Below are positions 63,156 through 64,000 of a DNA stretch of 64,000 nucleotides, in pieces. The notes beneath the pieces are model-generated. The model was not told the DNA's origin, made no database searches, and worked only from the letters and a program-made list of their open reading frames with translations. Each line of letters starts with the position of its first letter. Within the stretch, counting starts at the first letter, position 1. The DNA is from a virus (lineage: Duplodnaviria > Heunggongvirae > Uroviricota > Caudoviricetes), in the IMG/VR virus record IMGVR_UViG_3300028887_000105. One strand, given 5' to 3'. A program made the position numbers and the translations under genes.

Positions 63156-63339
63156 AATAGTAGCAAAAGGATATGAAGCAGCATTAAGTTCATGTTTTGA
63201 CGGTGGAGCATTATATGCAAGAGGATTTGTCGACGGAATGGCATTTCAAAAAGATGGAACCATTCCAATGAGCAAACTAGATAGAATACTTAAAGAAATA
63301 GAAGATAAAAAGAAAAATGAAAAGACCGAAGAAAATTGA
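63133..63339 (+). CDS. hypothetical protein (MTQEE start)
   Basis: 68-aa ORF. Confidence 0.45.
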   Translation: MTQEELFEIVAKGYEAALSSCFDGGALYARGFVDGMAFQKDGTIPMSKLDRILKEIEDKKKNEKTEEN

Positions 63340-63571
63340 AATTGGAGACACTGTTACGTGGATTAAAGAAAAAAGACACGTTGTATCATTCCTGGAAGAT
63401 AATAAAGAGCCATTAGTTGTTTTTAAAATTTGGTACCCGTCTAGAGGGTGGAAATATTATTGTGAATATCTTAAGTTGTTCCTTTATAATATTTGCCTGC
63501 AGGAAGAATACACTAAAGCAAAAAGAAATAAACTTTACAAATTAAATGGATTAGTATATGGAGAATGGTAA
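63317..63571 (+). CDS. hypothetical protein with IEIGDTV beta-motif
   Basis: 84-aa ORF. Confidence 0.45.
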   Translation: MKRPKKIEIGDTVTWIKEKRHVVSFLEDNKEPLVVFKIWYPSRGWKYYCEYLKLFLYNICLQEEYTKAKRNKLYKLNGLVYGEW

Positions 63572-63890
63572 TGTAAACATAATGATCCCAGTACCAACAA
63601 AAGAATTTACTGAGGAATTGAAAGAAAAAAAAGGCGTTGATATTAATGACGTATTAGCCAGACTTGTGTATGACTTTCTGGATAACGTTAAAAAAGACAA
63701 CCCAACTGAAATAATACAAATTAGTGTTACTGTAAAACAACTTGCCGAACTGGACGTTTATAATATAAATGCTCCAGCAATGATAACATCCGCATTTAAA
63801 AAAGAATTAGAGGCTTTATTAGATAGTTGTGAAAAAACTGATAAAAATATACATCAACCAAACGGTCAAGTAAGGTTTGACAAATTATAA
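63558..63890 (+). CDS. hypothetical protein
   Basis: 110-aa ORF. Confidence 0.5.
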   Translation: MENGNVNIMIPVPTKEFTEELKEKKGVDINDVLARLVYDFLDNVKKDNPTEIIQISVTVKQLAELDVYNINAPAMITSAFKKELEALLDSCEKTDKNIHQPNGQVRFDKL

Positions 63891-63932
63891 AATGATCAAA
63901 ATTTTTATAAATCATTTAAAACATTATAATAT

Positions 63933-64000
63933 ATGAATACATTTGAATTAATTATTATTACATTAGCACTTGTTTATGTTGTTTCTTCACTGTATTTTGC
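63933..64000 (+). CDS. small membrane protein, 3' partial (runs off window end)
   Basis: ATG then hydrophobic MNTFELIIITLALVYVVSSLYF. Confidence 0.3.
   Translation, partial: MNTFELIIITLALVYVVSSLYF

Noticed and set aside
1-64000. Integrase, transposase, IS elements, toxin-antitoxin pairs or defence islands
   Set aside because: No tyrosine/serine recombinase, DDE or HNH signatures, no inverted terminal repeats, and no strand switches were seen.

Overview
All plausible genes in this 64-kb, AT-rich (~33% GC) window lie on the + strand: about 150 short, tightly packed or overlapping ORFs, many sharing start/stop codons (ATGA, TAATG). No virion, packaging or DNA-replication genes are recognisable. 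Instead there are many tiny membrane and Zn-ribbon proteins, expanded paralog families, and auxiliary enzymes. Intergenic signals fit the Bacteroidota sigma-A promoter (-33 TTTG / -7 TAnnTTTG), rho-independent terminators, and A-rich start contexts without Shine-Dalgarno sequences. I read this as the early/accessory (host-takeover) arm of a large virulent Bacteroidota phage; that is inference. Recognisable products: T4-type polynucleotide kinase/phosphatase (Pnk); an RNA ligase with an N-terminal OB-like domain; a second small Rnl2-like ligase; a Thg1-like 3'-5' nucleotidyltransferase; dUTPase; methylglyoxal synthase; a Nudix hydrolase; a nucleoside 2-deoxyribosyltransferase-like enzyme; three calcineurin-like metallophosphoesterases; a DEDDh exonuclease; a PD-(D/E)xK nuclease; a SPFH/band-7 membrane protein next to a GatB/YqeY-domain protein on a higher-GC island; a BspA-type LRR protein; a lipoprotein; and a 737-aa mosaic GNAT protein. 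The most interesting signal is a dispersed but complete RNA-end repair toolkit (Pnk, two ligases and Thg1-like), which looks like counter-defence against tRNA-cleaving host systems. Second is a conserved ~115-bp upstream element repeated at least 6 times, carrying an RpoN-like TGGCACG-N4-TTGTA core; it is fused to a host-type promoter at three sites (710, 2969, 18975) and occurs alone at three more. Several tandem paralog expansions are also present.
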